A DNA stretch of 64,000 nt, from contig JAZTXV010000022.1 in NCBI GenBank assembly GCA_045636605.1, positions 9,883 through 73,882 on the forward strand. The letters run 5' to 3'. Every line of letters begins with the position of its first letter. Position 1 is the stretch's first letter. A program made the position numbers and the translations under genes. The notes below the pieces were generated by a model. It saw nothing but the letters and a program-made list of their open reading frames with translations, made no database searches and was not told where the DNA came from. Source of the stretch: Eubacteriales bacterium (GTDB lineage: Bacteria > Bacillota > Clostridia > Oscillospirales > CAG-272). Positions 9,902 to 21,029 of this stretch are shown piece after piece.

Positions 9902-10801
9902 ATGAAGAGAAGAATATTGGACGGTGCATTCCTTGACCGTCTTGATGCCGCTTCATTATTGCTAAAGAACCCTATGACGGGTTACTTCGGCGGTGGAAGA
10001 AAGGCTCGTTCATACGGAAACACGGTTGAATTTGCCGATTTCCGTGAGTACTTCCCCGGCGATGATATCAGACGTATCGACTGGAACGTATATGCTCGTT
10101 TTGAAAAGTACTTTATAAGACTTTTCACAGACGAAAGGCAGATGCACAACCACATTCTTGTGGACCTTTCGGCGTCTATGGCGTGCGGCGAGCCCGAAAA
10201 GGCTCAAGCGGCGCTTCGTATAGCGGCGGCATTCGGATATCTTTCGGTTTCAGCAATGGACAGAGTTACCTTCAAGCTCCTAAAGGGCGACAAGGCAGAG
10301 GACATTGGCGTTACTGTATATAACAAGGACTCCTTCTATCGTGCGGCTCAGGTTCTTGAGGACGTGGAGTTTGAAGGAGAAACAGACCTTGAAGCATCTA
10401 TAGTAGGCATTGAAAACCCCGGATATGACGACGGTTTAACAATTATAATTTCGGATTTCTTGACCGAGAGCAACTGGAAAAAGGCAGTAGATTATCTGAC
10501 GTACAAGCGCAGAGAGGTATTGATGATTCAGGTTTTGTCTCCGGATGAGCTATATCCAAACTTTGACGGACGTGTTCACATGGTTGACTCGGAGTCCATC
10601 AGCTTTGATGATCCCAAAAACATGAGAATGCGTGTCACCAGAAAAATGGTTGAGGCCTACCAGAGGGCGTTCGACGATTACGAGAAGGAGCTAATAGATT
10701 TCTGCGCTTCAAGAGAAGCAACCTTCTTCACCGTATCAAGTGACGATCCTATCGAAAAGGTTATATTTGGAAAGGGAGCAGAGGTGGAACTAATAAAGTA
10801 A
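9902..10801 (+). CDS. DUF58 domain protein
   Basis: EFADFREYFPGDDIRRIDWNVYAR, VDLSASM, IISDFL motifs; follows moxR. Confidence 0.92.
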   Translation: MKRRILDGAFLDRLDAASLLLKNPMTGYFGGGRKARSYGNTVEFADFREYFPGDDIRRIDWNVYARFEKYFIRLFTDERQMHNHILVDLSASMACGEPEKAQAALRIAAAFGYLSVSAMDRVTFKLLKGDKAEDIGVTVYNKDSFYRAAQVLEDVEFEGETDLEASIVGIENPGYDDGLTIIISDFLTESNWKKAVDYLTYKRREVLMIQVLSPDELYPNFDGRVHMVDSESISFDDPKNMRMRVTRKMVEAYQRAFDDYEKELIDFCASREATFFTVSSDDPIEKVIFGKGAEVELIK

Positions 10802-12858
10802 TGGATTTTAAATTAGCACTGGGCTTCCTTGGACTTCTTTCAGTACCGATTATCATCCTTATTTACATCCTTAAATCCAAGTATGTATCTAAGCCTGTAT
10901 CGAGTACGTTTATTTGGAAACGAAGCCTTAAATACGTAAAAAATCGCTTGCCTATCAACTTTGTATTTTCACTATTGCTCGTTTTGCAGATTTTGGCAGC
11001 TACTCTTGCAAGCTTTGCTCTTGCAAGACCGACAATTGTTCCGCTTTCCGCAAAGGATACGGTTATCATTCTTGACGCATCAGCCAGTATGATGACCAAA
11101 AACAGCGACGGAAAGACGAGATTTGAGCTTGCTGTACAGGAAATTGAGCAGCAGGCCGCCTTCGCGGGAGACAACCACAAGTTCACTATCATTTCAGCGG
11201 ATTCAAATCCGAGGGTTCTTGTTCGCTCCTCCGAGAAGGTTAAAATTGTAAGCGCCTTGAGCGAGGCACAATGTGGACTCGGCACAGCAGATATTGATGC
11301 TGCGCTCACCCTTGCAAATGATATTCAGGCGCAAAATCCCGATGCAAAGCTCGTGTTCTACACCGATAAGACCTATTTTGACGCAAGCGGCGTCGAGATA
11401 AAGGATTTCTCAGATGATGACGACTTCAATGCCGCTATCACTAACCTGACAGATTCCTATATGGGCGGAAAATACAGCTTTAACGCAACGGTTAATCTCT
11501 ACGGCCCTGCGCCGGAGGATCCAACGGCTGTAATTCAAAAGAACGTACAGCTCGTATTCTATCTCGATGGTCAAGAGGCATACCGTAAGGACGTTACTCT
11601 TAACCTCGGCAAGAACCAGGTTACCTTTACTCACAAGGAATCTCTTGTTGCCCCCGGAGATATTTATTATCAAATCAGCTCGTTAACCGAATACACAAGC
11701 GTAAAGGTTGAAATCGCAAAGCTGACAGAGGTGGACAACACCGAGGCAGTTATCGAGGACGGTCTTTTGGAGGATAACTCACGCTATGTATTTGCTAAGG
11801 AGGGCGAGAAGGTTAAGATTCTCGTTGTCAGCACATACGTAACAATGACAGGCGACGAGGAGGGCAAGCAGCCCGAGGCGTCAACCACAAAGACAACCTA
11901 TCTTATTACGCTCTTGCGTAACATCGGTTACACGCTTAGCAACAAAACCGACATAAAGAAGGAAATTAGCCAGGTAAATAACGGCGGAGCAATAGAGGGC
12001 TATAACCTCTACATCTTCGACGGAGTAATGCCGGAGGTTCTCCCGACAGATGGCGCTGTGTGGTTCCTTAACCCGCCGTCAAACCCTGTTGGAACGGATC
12101 TTGAAATTGATGCAAAGCCCTCAACACCGAAGGATTACGGCGAAACGACCTTCTATATGCTTCCATCACCTAACGAGGGAGGAAAGACCTCTGCGGGCAT
12201 AGAGGCATTCAAGACAATTACCAGAAACATTGCTAAGAGAAGAAATATCGCTATCGGTAAATTCCGTCCGATTTTCTTCACCAACTCGGACGATTATTAC
12301 GAAATGTTCTCATGTAACAACTCGTCTATTGTGGTGGCAGGAAGAGAGGCTAATGTAAGAATTGTATGTATGTCCTTTGACATTCACGATACAAACCTTC
12401 ATATGCTCGTTGACTTCCCGCTTCTTATCAACAATATGCTTACGTACTCACTTCCGAGCGTAGTTCCGAATCGCTCCTTTGACGTAGGTGAAACCATTAA
12501 GTTCAATGCGCCCGTTGGAGCTACAGAGCTGGAGTTCCAGTACCGTCATGAAAACGGAGATATCGACGTAAAGGATAGCTTCTCGGCAGAGGACGCATCA
12601 TTTACGCTTGAGCTTTTGGGTAACTATGCAATCGTAGTTAAATACGAAAACGGATACGAAAAGACAATAATGCTGCCAACTCACATTCCTGAGGATGAAA
12701 GCGATATCACTCTTATGGGAGAGTCAATCGAATCCAAGGAGATTATCCCGGGCAATGAAATCAAGCCCGATCCTATGGAAATTTGGCCGTATATTGTAAT
12801 GGCGCTTCTTGCCATACTTATAATTGAATGGGGGGTATATTATCGTGATGAATTTTAA
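10801..12858 (+). CDS. BatA N-terminal plus vWA domain membrane protein
   Basis: N-terminal BatA-like PIIILIYIL...LARP, MIDAS DASASM, C-terminal TM ending IEW. Confidence 0.85.
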   Translation: MDFKLALGFLGLLSVPIIILIYILKSKYVSKPVSSTFIWKRSLKYVKNRLPINFVFSLLLVLQILAATLASFALARPTIVPLSAKDTVIILDASASMMTKNSDGKTRFELAVQEIEQQAAFAGDNHKFTIISADSNPRVLVRSSEKVKIVSALSEAQCGLGTADIDAALTLANDIQAQNPDAKLVFYTDKTYFDASGVEIKDFSDDDDFNAAITNLTDSYMGGKYSFNATVNLYGPAPEDPTAVIQKNVQLVFYLDGQEAYRKDVTLNLGKNQVTFTHKESLVAPGDIYYQISSLTEYTSVKVEIAKLTEVDNTEAVIEDGLLEDNSRYVFAKEGEKVKILVVSTYVTMTGDEEGKQPEASTTKTTYLITLLRNIGYTLSNKTDIKKEISQVNNGGAIEGYNLYIFDGVMPEVLPTDGAVWFLNPPSNPVGTDLEIDAKPSTPKDYGETTFYMLPSPNEGGKTSAGIEAFKTITRNIAKRRNIAIGKFRPIFFTNSDDYYEMFSCNNSSIVVAGREANVRIVCMSFDIHDTNLHMLVDFPLLINNMLTYSLPSVVPNRSFDVGETIKFNAPVGATELEFQYRHENGDIDVKDSFSAEDASFTLELLGNYAIVVKYENGYEKTIMLPTHIPEDESDITLMGESIESKEIIPGNEIKPDPMEIWPYIVMALLAILIIEWGVYYRDEF

Positions 12859-15808
12859 TTTTATCCGCCCGTTCCTTGAGGCAGAGGCCCAAGAAATCGG
12901 TACAACCGTTCAAATGGGACGCCCTTGGCTGTTCCTTGTAATGATACCGGCATTTATACTTGCTATATTCCCGTTCTTCAGACTCCATAAGAGCCGTAGA
13001 TGGAAGGTAAAGCACGTAGTGCCGCTTATCATTCACCTTCTCATTCTCGCAATTGCGACGACCTTGATTACCGACATCAGACTTGTTGAGATATCAAAGG
13101 CGCCCGAGGAAACGAGAGTCGTAGTCCTTGCCGACATGTCGGATTCCAACTCCGCAATGAAGGACAAGATGAACGACTACATAAAGAGTCTTATGGAAAA
13201 CGCCGATGAAAAGACACAGATTTGCGTTGTTGCCTTCGCAAACGGACAGATAAAGACGTCCGATTACGGCGAGGTGCTCGATGACTATCTTAACATTTCG
13301 GGCGAGGATGTGGACTCTGTAAATACAAACATTCAAAATGCTCTTGACTACGTTATTGAGAACTTCTATGAGAAGAACCAAAATTACGATGACGTAAACA
13401 ACAGAGTAATCCTTCTCTCAGACGGTAGACAAACAGAGGGTAATGCCTTTGCTATGGCAAGAAAGCTCAGAGAAAAGGCCGTTCGCTTCGATACAGCGCA
13501 CTTCAACGTGCTTGAGGAGGACGTAATCTCTGAGGTTCAAATGCTTTCTATGACCTCAACCGTAATCGAGTCCAAGGATGCAAATGTTTCCGTTGACCTT
13601 GCCTTCACAAGCACAAGCAAGGACACGCTTACAGGAAAAATCACCTTCTACGAGGTTCCGCAATACTCCGAGGAAACAGGAGCCTCCGAGCCTAAGGAGG
13701 TATACTCCAGCAACGTCAGCATCAAGCAGGGAACTAACCAATATTCCTTCAAGTACATGGCTGAGGGCGCAGGAATTCACTCCGTATATGCAGTAATCGA
13801 GCCCGAGGAAAACGGCGATACGATTGCACAGAACAACGTTCTTTATTCGTGGTTCTCAATCGACGCAGTTGCAAATATCCTTCTCGTTGACGGCGACGGA
13901 AAGCAAGTTACCGACTCTATCAAGAAAATGGTAGAAAAGTCAGGCTGCACTTACACCGTAATCACAACAAAGGACAATGCAGATGCATTCCCTCACACAA
14001 TGGATGAGCTTCTTCCTTACGATGAGGTTGTTCTTATGAACATCGACTTCTCGAAGTTCCAAACAGGCGACACAGACCGCTTGAAGAGATACGTTGAGGA
14101 GCTCGGACGTGGAGTCGTATTCACCTGTGGTAGCAACACATACGACTACAACAGCAAGGATTACGCAAACAACCCACTTATCGACATTCTCCCTGTTGAC
14201 CTTAAAATCGACGAGAGAAGAGAGGTAATCGCAACAGTTATCACCGTTGACCTTTCATCGTCAATGGGACAGGAGGTTACAGGACAAACCAACCAATACG
14301 GTAAAAAGATGACTCGTTACGACATGGTCCTTCAGAGCGTTATTAAGCTTCTCGATACAAAGGAATTTGCCCCTGACGACTACATTGGACTTGTATTCTT
14401 CGATTCCGATGCAACGGTTGCTATGCCACTCACCCAGCTTCACGAGAAGGAATGGATGATACAGCAAATCAACTATGCATTTGAGTCATACTTCTATGCT
14501 CATACCGACGAAAAGAATCCGTCATACTCTAATCGTGTTAGCGTAACAAGCGGAACCAAGGATGCAAACGGTTATCAAATCAAGCCCTATGGTACAAACT
14601 ACAAGTTCGGTATTGATGCCGCTAACAGATTGCTATCGGAGTCTGATGCAGACCTCAAGCAGATGGTATTCCTCTCTGACGGTGAGCCGTCGGATAAGAA
14701 CTCCGGATACGATAACACCGTTCGTAGAATGGCTAACGCAGGTGTTACAACCTCGACTATCGCTATCGGTAGAGACCAGGCAACCATCTTGACAGACCTT
14801 CAAAGGCTTGCAACAATCGGACACGGTAACTTCAACTACGTATCATCATCGCTCGACCTTGAAAAGTCACTTGTCAAGATTGCGCAAATGATAAAGGGTG
14901 AGCCGATTAACGAAAGAGAAACTCAGCTTGAAAAGAGAGAGGACGGAAAGGTTCTCGTAGGAGTTGATCTCGGATCGGGCGACAACACCACCTTTGATAA
15001 GATTGGCGGATATTACGGAACCACAATCAAGAACGGAGCGACGACGGTTCTCTCTGCTGACGACCTAAGACCTATTATCGCAGAATGGGATTACGGCTTG
15101 GGACACACCACAGTATATATGAGTGACCTCGGCGGCGCTTGGTCAAGACCGTTGTTTAACGACAATGACGGCTTCGTAAACAGTGTAATCGTACAAAATC
15201 TTCTTCTAAACTCCTTGAACGAGGATGTTGGCTCGACAGGACTTATTATTGAAAGTAAGCGTGTTGAGGAGGTTACAAAGCTCACAGTTCAAACTCAAAA
15301 GAGACTAAGACAAAACGAGGTTATCGTAGTTTACGTTACAAGCTCCGACGGAGAGCGTGTAGAGTACAGAACCACCGATGACAATCGTTTGGCGGATACA
15401 AAGTACAGAATCGACCTCGAAACTGAGAACGAATCCGGTACATATCTTATTGAGGTTGAGCTTGTTGACGATACACCGGGCGCAAAGCAGGTGCTTGACA
15501 GAACACAGTATGCCGTTGTTGGCTTCTATCCCGACGAATACAACCTTGGCTTGATTAACGGCTATGCCGTAATGGAGGACCTCGCAACAGCAGGCGGCGG
15601 AAAGCTTATGGCTGATAGCGAAGCCTTCTACGATATCAAGAAGGATGAGTTCAGAGAAAATGTAACGGACATCTCAACCCCTGCGTTGATTATCCTTATC
15701 GTTTTGTTCTTGCTTGACATCATCTTCCGTCACTTCTCACCTAAGAAGAAGGACAAGAATAATCTGATGACCGAGGAAGAGCGTATCGCTTCCATGAGAG
15801 GTAGATAA
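12848..15808 (+). CDS. Double vWA domain membrane protein with glutamine-amidotransferase-like domain
   Basis: DMSDS/LLSDG and DLSSSM/FLSDG MIDAS motifs, YDEVVL...YVEELGRG, WDYGLG, C-terminal TM; start taken at ATG 12848 (uncertain). Confidence 0.8.
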   Translation: MNFNFIRPFLEAEAQEIGTTVQMGRPWLFLVMIPAFILAIFPFFRLHKSRRWKVKHVVPLIIHLLILAIATTLITDIRLVEISKAPEETRVVVLADMSDSNSAMKDKMNDYIKSLMENADEKTQICVVAFANGQIKTSDYGEVLDDYLNISGEDVDSVNTNIQNALDYVIENFYEKNQNYDDVNNRVILLSDGRQTEGNAFAMARKLREKAVRFDTAHFNVLEEDVISEVQMLSMTSTVIESKDANVSVDLAFTSTSKDTLTGKITFYEVPQYSEETGASEPKEVYSSNVSIKQGTNQYSFKYMAEGAGIHSVYAVIEPEENGDTIAQNNVLYSWFSIDAVANILLVDGDGKQVTDSIKKMVEKSGCTYTVITTKDNADAFPHTMDELLPYDEVVLMNIDFSKFQTGDTDRLKRYVEELGRGVVFTCGSNTYDYNSKDYANNPLIDILPVDLKIDERREVIATVITVDLSSSMGQEVTGQTNQYGKKMTRYDMVLQSVIKLLDTKEFAPDDYIGLVFFDSDATVAMPLTQLHEKEWMIQQINYAFESYFYAHTDEKNPSYSNRVSVTSGTKDANGYQIKPYGTNYKFGIDAANRLLSESDADLKQMVFLSDGEPSDKNSGYDNTVRRMANAGVTTSTIAIGRDQATILTDLQRLATIGHGNFNYVSSSLDLEKSLVKIAQMIKGEPINERETQLEKREDGKVLVGVDLGSGDNTTFDKIGGYYGTTIKNGATTVLSADDLRPIIAEWDYGLGHTTVYMSDLGGAWSRPLFNDNDGFVNSVIVQNLLLNSLNEDVGSTGLIIESKRVEEVTKLTVQTQKRLRQNEVIVVYVTSSDGERVEYRTTDDNRLADTKYRIDLETENESGTYLIEVELVDDTPGAKQVLDRTQYAVVGFYPDEYNLGLINGYAVMEDLATAGGGKLMADSEAFYDIKKDEFRENVTDISTPALIILIVLFLLDIIFRHFSPKKKDKNNLMTEEERIASMRGR

Positions 15809-15817
15809 TAAAAACAT

Positions 15818-15848
15818 AAAAATCCAAGGATTTCTCCTTGGATTTTTT
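15818..15848 (+). terminator. Rho-independent terminator
   Basis: AAAAATCCAAGGA/TCCTTGGATTTTT. Confidence 0.85.
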
Positions 15849-15858
15849 GTGTCAGGTA

Positions 15859-15887
15859 TTGAAAAAATGGCGAATATATATTAAAAT
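15859..15887 (+). promoter_or_regulatory. sigmaA promoter of xylAB
   Basis: TTGAAA-17 bp-TAAAAT. Confidence 0.55.
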
Positions 15888-15918
15888 ATAGATAACAATA
15901 ATTTAAGGAGAACTAATA

Positions 15919-17235
15919 ATGGAAATTTTCAAGAATATCCCACAAATTAAGTATGAGGGCCCAAAGAGCAAAAATCCTCTTGCCTTCAAGTATTATGATG
16001 CCGACAGAGTAATTCTCGGCAAAAAAATGAGCGAGCACCTTCCCTTCGCTATGGCGTGGTGGCACAATCTTTGCGCAACGGGCGTTGATATGTTCGGCCG
16101 TGGCGTTGCCGACAAGTCCTTTGGCGCTGCCGAGGGTACAATGGAGCACGCAAGAGCTAAGGTTGATGCGGGCTTTGAGTTTATGCAAAAGCTCGGCATT
16201 AAGTATTTCTGCTTCCACGACGTTGATATCGTTCCCGAGGCAGAGGACATTAACGAAACAAATCGCCGTCTTGACGAGATAACAGATTACATTCTCGAAA
16301 AGATGAAGGGCACGGATATCAAGTGCCTTTGGGGAACTGCTAATATGTTCTCAAATCCTCGCTTCGTAAACGGCGCAGGCTCGTCAAACAGCGCAGAGGT
16401 GTTCGCATTTGCGGCAGCTCAGGTTAAAAAGGCGCTCGAGCTTACAGTGAAGCTCGGTGGACGTGGCTACGTATTCTGGGGCGGCCGTGAGGGCTACGAA
16501 ACGCTTCTCAATACCGATATGGCATTCGAGCAGGACAATATCGCTCGCTTGATGAAAATGGCAGTGGCATACGGACGCAAGATTGGCTTTACGGGCGACT
16601 TCTACATTGAGCCGAAGCCGAAGGAGCCAATGAAGCACCAATATGACTTTGATGCCGCAACCGCTATCGGATTTTTGAAGGCGCACGGCCTTGAAAACGA
16701 TTTCAAAATGAACATTGAGGCAAACCACGCAACCTTGGCAGGCCATACCTTCCAGCATGACCTTCGTGTAAGCGCAATCAACGGAATGCTCGGCTCAATC
16801 GACGCAAACCAGGGCGATATGCTTCTCGGCTGGGACACAGACGAATTCCCATTTGATGTTTACACAGCAACAATGTGTATGTATGAGGTGCTTAAGGCAG
16901 GCGGACTTACCGGTGGCTTCAACTTCGATGCAAAGAACCGCCGTCCGTCATACACGGTTGAGGATATGTTTGAGGCATTCATTCTCGGTATGGATACATT
17001 TGCTCTCGGACTTATCAAGGCAGCAGAGATTATCGAGGACGGCAGAATAGATGCGTTTATCGAAAGAAGATACTCAAGCTATACAGAAACCGAAATCGGT
17101 AAGAAAATCATGAGTGATGGTGCAACACTCGAGGAGATTGCACAGTATGCAAGCGATAAGGGCGTATGCGCACTTCCCGGCAGCGGAAAGCAGGAAAGCC
17201 TTGAGGCTATAATCAATAGCATACTTTTTGGTTAA
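15919..17235 (+). CDS. xylA: Xylose isomerase (class II)
   Basis: [38 protein letters not shown]. Confidence 0.98.
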   Translation: MEIFKNIPQIKYEGPKSKNPLAFKYYDADRVILGKKMSEHLPFAMAWWHNLCATGVDMFGRGVADKSFGAAEGTMEHARAKVDAGFEFMQKLGIKYFCFHDVDIVPEAEDINETNRRLDEITDYILEKMKGTDIKCLWGTANMFSNPRFVNGAGSSNSAEVFAFAAAQVKKALELTVKLGGRGYVFWGGREGYETLLNTDMAFEQDNIARLMKMAVAYGRKIGFTGDFYIEPKPKEPMKHQYDFDAATAIGFLKAHGLENDFKMNIEANHATLAGHTFQHDLRVSAINGMLGSIDANQGDMLLGWDTDEFPFDVYTATMCMYEVLKAGGLTGGFNFDAKNRRPSYTVEDMFEAFILGMDTFALGLIKAAEIIEDGRIDAFIERRYSSYTETEIGKKIMSDGATLEEIAQYASDKGVCALPGSGKQESLEAIINSILFG

Positions 17236-17236
17236 T

Positions 17237-18709
17237 ATGAACAGCTATATAGGAATAGACCTCGGCACATCATCGGTTAAGCTTCTATTGGTGAGTGCCG
17301 ACGGAAAAATCATAAAAAGCGAAAGCGCCGATTATCCAATCGCATACCCAAGAAATGGTTGGAGTGAGCAAAATCCGCAGGATTGGCTTGATGCAACGCT
17401 TCGTGCGCTAAATAAGCTTCTTGACGGCTATGATAGGTCGTGCGTTAAGGGAATCTCGTTCGGCGGACAGATGCACGGGCTTGTGGCTCTTGATAAGGAC
17501 GATAATGTAATTCGCCCTGCAATCCTTTGGAATGACGGAAGAACTCAAAGACAAAGTGATTATCTCAACGAGGTAATAGGAAAGAAAGTGCTCTCCGAGC
17601 GTACCGCAAATATCTCGTTTGCAGGCTTTACTGCGCCGAAAATCTTGTGGATAAGAGAAAACGAAAGCGAGAATTTTGCAAAAATTGCAAAAATTATGCT
17701 CCCCAAGGACTACCTCGCTTATATGCTGACAGGAGTCCACGCAACAGATTATTCGGATGCAAGCGGAATGCTTTTGCTCGACGTTAAAAACCGTAAATGG
17801 AGCGAGGAAATGATGGCTGTTTGCCACGTGAAGCCCGAATGGCTTCCTAAGCTCTATGAGTCCTATGAGCCGATAGGAACGCTTCTTCCCGAAATGGCAT
17901 CACGCACAGGGCTCAGCGAGAGCGTTGTCGTGTGCGCAGGCGCAGGCGATAATGCGGCGGCGGCAGTCGGTACGGGCACCGTCGAGGACGGCTCGTGTAA
18001 CATCTCTCTTGGCACAAGCGGAACAGTGTTTATTTCTAAAAACGATTTCTCCGTGGATAGCGCAAATGCGCTTCATAGCTTCTGCCACGCAAACGGCGCA
18101 TATCACCTTATGGGATGCATTTTGAGCGCTGCATCGTGCAATAAATGGTGGATGGAAAACGTTTTGCAAACAAGCGATTACGCAGGCGAGCAAAAGGGAC
18201 TCTATAAATATCTCGGCAAAAACAGCGTTTATTTTCTGCCGTATCTGATGGGCGAAAGAAGCCCTCATAATGACGTCGATGCAAGAGGCGCATTTATCGG
18301 AATGAACCCGGCAACAACGAGAGCAGAGCTTACACTCGCCGTAATGGAGGGAGTTACCTTTGCGCTTCGTGATTGCATCGAAATCGCTAAAAACAGCGGT
18401 GTATGTATCGAAAAAAGCCTTATTTGCGGAGGCGGAGCAAAGAATGAAATTTGGCGTATTATCTGCGCAAACGTTCTCGGAATAGAGATTTGCCGCCCCG
18501 AAACAGAGGAGGGCCCTGCCTACGGCGGAGCAATTCTTGCAATGGTCGGCTGTGGCGAATACGATAGTGTGTCAAGCGCCACCAAGGCTCTGATAAAAAT
18601 CAAGGATAGTATTCTTCCAAGCCCCGATCTCGTCGAGGCATACGAGAAAAAATACCAAGCCTTCAAAGCGCTCTACCCGGCATTAAAAAATGTCTATAAG
18701 CTAATTTAA
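17237..18709 (+). CDS. xylB: Xylulokinase
   Basis: IGIDLGTSSVK, GQMHGLV, ILWNDGR, PYLMGERSP; follows xylA; ATG at 17237. Confidence 0.96.
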   Translation: MNSYIGIDLGTSSVKLLLVSADGKIIKSESADYPIAYPRNGWSEQNPQDWLDATLRALNKLLDGYDRSCVKGISFGGQMHGLVALDKDDNVIRPAILWNDGRTQRQSDYLNEVIGKKVLSERTANISFAGFTAPKILWIRENESENFAKIAKIMLPKDYLAYMLTGVHATDYSDASGMLLLDVKNRKWSEEMMAVCHVKPEWLPKLYESYEPIGTLLPEMASRTGLSESVVVCAGAGDNAAAAVGTGTVEDGSCNISLGTSGTVFISKNDFSVDSANALHSFCHANGAYHLMGCILSAASCNKWWMENVLQTSDYAGEQKGLYKYLGKNSVYFLPYLMGERSPHNDVDARGAFIGMNPATTRAELTLAVMEGVTFALRDCIEIAKNSGVCIEKSLICGGGAKNEIWRIICANVLGIEICRPETEEGPAYGGAILAMVGCGEYDSVSSATKALIKIKDSILPSPDLVEAYEKKYQAFKALYPALKNVYKLI

Positions 18710-18718
18710 ATCACAATC

Positions 18719-18748
18719 AAAAGCCTCTTGCCACGCAAGAGGCTTTTT
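18719..18748 (+). terminator. Terminator after xylB
   Basis: AAAGCCTCTTGC/GCAAGAGGCTTTTT. Confidence 0.8.
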
Positions 18749-18887
18749 CAATAAATAACCCTTAAGCTCAAAAATCGTTCGATTTCAAAAACCGAAATCA
18801 ACAGAGCGAGCATATTTCAAAAGCATAACCATTTTGTAATCAACTTTATATCGAGCGCTATTCAGCACGCCTCTGGCGCCCCAAAAG

Positions 18888-18916
18888 AAAAAGCACAACC
18901 GAGAGTTGTGCTTTTT
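18888..18916 (-). terminator. Terminator of the cysE-holA operon
   Basis: AAAAAGCACAAC/GTTGTGCTTTTT. Confidence 0.8.
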
Positions 18917-18917
18917 A

Positions 18918-19505
18918 TTAAAATATGCCTTTGATTTTTTCCTCGATTTCCTCTTTTGAAAAGAGAATATTAAGTGCGCTCAGCATTGCGTTTGGTGTCA
19001 TATCGCAGGGGAGTCCGAGCGATGCTAAAAGACGTTCTCTTTTTGATTTGCTATCATCTCTGCCACTAAGCCCGAGAGCAAACAAATCCGCCTTTGTAAG
19101 CGGGGATTTCGGCGCTATGTCCTGTGCATCGGTACAAAACGGTAAAAGAAGCTCCTCTATTATATGCGCATCAATTCCCTCAACTCCGAGGTATCCCTGC
19201 TTAGAGGGCGTTCTTTTTCGTTTTTCCTTGCCCTGTGTCTTGGGAGTGTATAGATTGATAATCATATCCGGCGGAATTGATGTCTTGATGTGAGAGCGAA
19301 TCAGATGTCCGCCCCCGTCGGAATCGGTAAGCAAAATGATTTTTCCCGCCTTTGCGGCAAGAGAGCGAAAAAGCGCAAGACGCTCCTTGTTGTTGAAAAT
19401 CTCAAAGCCGTTCGTTACGATAACGTCGGCATCAAACAACGAGAGAATTTTGATTTTGTCATACTTACCCTCAACAATAATCGGGTATTTTATTCTTCTT
19501 TTCAT
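18918..19505 (-). CDS. rnmV: Ribonuclease M5-like TOPRIM + DUF4093 protein
   Basis: IIVEGKYD, ILLTDSDGGG, LGVEG, LFALGL; ATG at 19505. Confidence 0.8.
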   Translation of the reverse strand: MKRRIKYPIIVEGKYDKIKILSLFDADVIVTNGFEIFNNKERLALFRSLAAKAGKIILLTDSDGGGHLIRSHIKTSIPPDMIINLYTPKTQGKEKRKRTPSKQGYLGVEGIDAHIIEELLLPFCTDAQDIAPKSPLTKADLFALGLSGRDDSKSKRERLLASLGLPCDMTPNAMLSALNILFSKEEIEEKIKGIF

Positions 19506-19507
19506 AA

Positions 19508-20536
19508 TCAAAGCGCACACAGGGTGCTAATCAACCTTTCAAGCGCGCCGTAGGCGCTGAGATTTTGTGCCGATTTCGATTGCAAATCCGCATCCTGACA
19601 AAGCTCCAAGGCTCTTTCAATTCGTGCGGGAGTCGTGCGTGAAATCTTAGCAAGATATTTACCCACCTTGAACTCGTGAATTTTGAGTGCCGATGCAATC
19701 TGCGATTTGTTCATTCCCGACTGATAAAGACGGCACACCGCATAAAGCTCAGTGTAAAGCTTAACGACAGAGAACAGAATAACGTTCGGCGGCTCAAATG
19801 CCATACGTTGACGGCGAAGCGTCTCGAAAACCTGCTCAGTGCTTCCCTCGAGAAGCATGTTTGTCAGCTGAAAATCGTCGTACTCGATGGTTTTACAGCA
19901 TACATTGTCAATTATTTCCTTTGTCACAACAGAAATGTCGTTGGCCTTAGCATAGGCGCAAAGCTTCTCAATTTCGTTTGTGAGAGTCCACATGCTATGC
20001 CCGCAAATTTCAACAAGATACGGGGCGAGCGATGCGTCAAAGGCGATTTTTCCCTCGGCAAAGTGCCTTACAATCCAAGACGAAAGCCTGCTTGGCACAG
20101 GGAATGAAAATTCTACCGGCTTTACATGACGGGTAAGCGCCTTGAAAACCTCACTTGGAGCCTTAGGCCTACCTGCATCGAAAAGATGCGAATCTGCACG
20201 CAGAATTAAAATCGTGTGCTCGCAATCTTCAATGGTCGACACGGCCTCAACAAGAGCAGAAAGCTCGTCCTTTTTGAGCGCCCTAAAATCGAGCGAGCGT
20301 ACCTCGACCAGCTTTTTTTCGGCCATCATAGGAAGCGATGCAATAGCCTGTGAGAGCGCAGGCGCAGAGTAGTCCTCGCCATAGATTACGATGTGGTTGA
20401 AATCGTCAAATGTGCCGTCAAGTATGCGTTTTTTGACCTCTTTTGTGTAGGAAAGCTTCAAATAATCCTCGTCGCCGTAGAACAAATAGCCACCGCTAAG
20501 CGAGGAAAGCTCATTTCTAAATTCAGCCTCAGTCAT
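19508..20536 (-). CDS. holA: DNA polymerase III delta subunit
   Basis: YLFYGDEDYL, LPMMAEKKLV, NEIEKL; 342 aa. Confidence 0.92.
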   Translation of the reverse strand: MTEAEFRNELSSLSGGYLFYGDEDYLKLSYTKEVKKRILDGTFDDFNHIVIYGEDYSAPALSQAIASLPMMAEKKLVEVRSLDFRALKKDELSALVEAVSTIEDCEHTILILRADSHLFDAGRPKAPSEVFKALTRHVKPVEFSFPVPSRLSSWIVRHFAEGKIAFDASLAPYLVEICGHSMWTLTNEIEKLCAYAKANDISVVTKEIIDNVCCKTIEYDDFQLTNMLLEGSTEQVFETLRRQRMAFEPPNVILFSVVKLYTELYAVCRLYQSGMNKSQIASALKIHEFKVGKYLAKISRTTPARIERALELCQDADLQSKSAQNLSAYGALERLISTLCAL

Positions 20537-21029
20537 ATTTTTTAACTTCCAATTTCAGCTCTGTTTTTTGTGCGAGTGCTCCCTTGATTTCCACGATATA
20601 AAAAATTTCAAGAACTCCCTCGCTCAATATTCTGTTGTCAACTCTTTTTGCGTAAATGCCAAGCTCAAAGGGCATAAACGGAGTCTGATACACGGAAATC
20701 GTGCGTTCCCCTTGGGAAAACAGCATAATGGTGTTCACCTCGCCGGAGCGGGTAATGGTGACCTCTCTTGGCTCACTTATCTTAAAAGCGATAACGGCGT
20801 CAACACCCTCTGAGCCGTCTGCGCTGTCCTCGTGATAGGTAATGCGAGCATCATCCCCTTCAACGTTGATTTCTCCGTCGAAATAGGTGGTTATCGTGTC
20901 AATCTCGTTTGGATCAAGACCGTTATAGGGGTTGTCGAGCAACGGCTCGGAGGCGAAGAACGCATTGTCAAAAATTGAAAGCGCCTCGTCCTGTGCCTGT
21001 CTTGTTGTGGTAATTATTTTACATTTCAT
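20529..21029 (-). CDS. DUF1934 family protein
   Basis: ITY.E, VTITRSG, F..G....YQTPF..F motifs. Confidence 0.75.
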   Translation of the reverse strand: MKCKIITTTRQAQDEALSIFDNAFFASEPLLDNPYNGLDPNEIDTITTYFDGEINVEGDDARITYHEDSADGSEGVDAVIAFKISEPREVTITRSGEVNTIMLFSQGERTISVYQTPFMPFELGIYAKRVDNRILSEGVLEIFYIVEIKGALAQKTELKLEVKKYD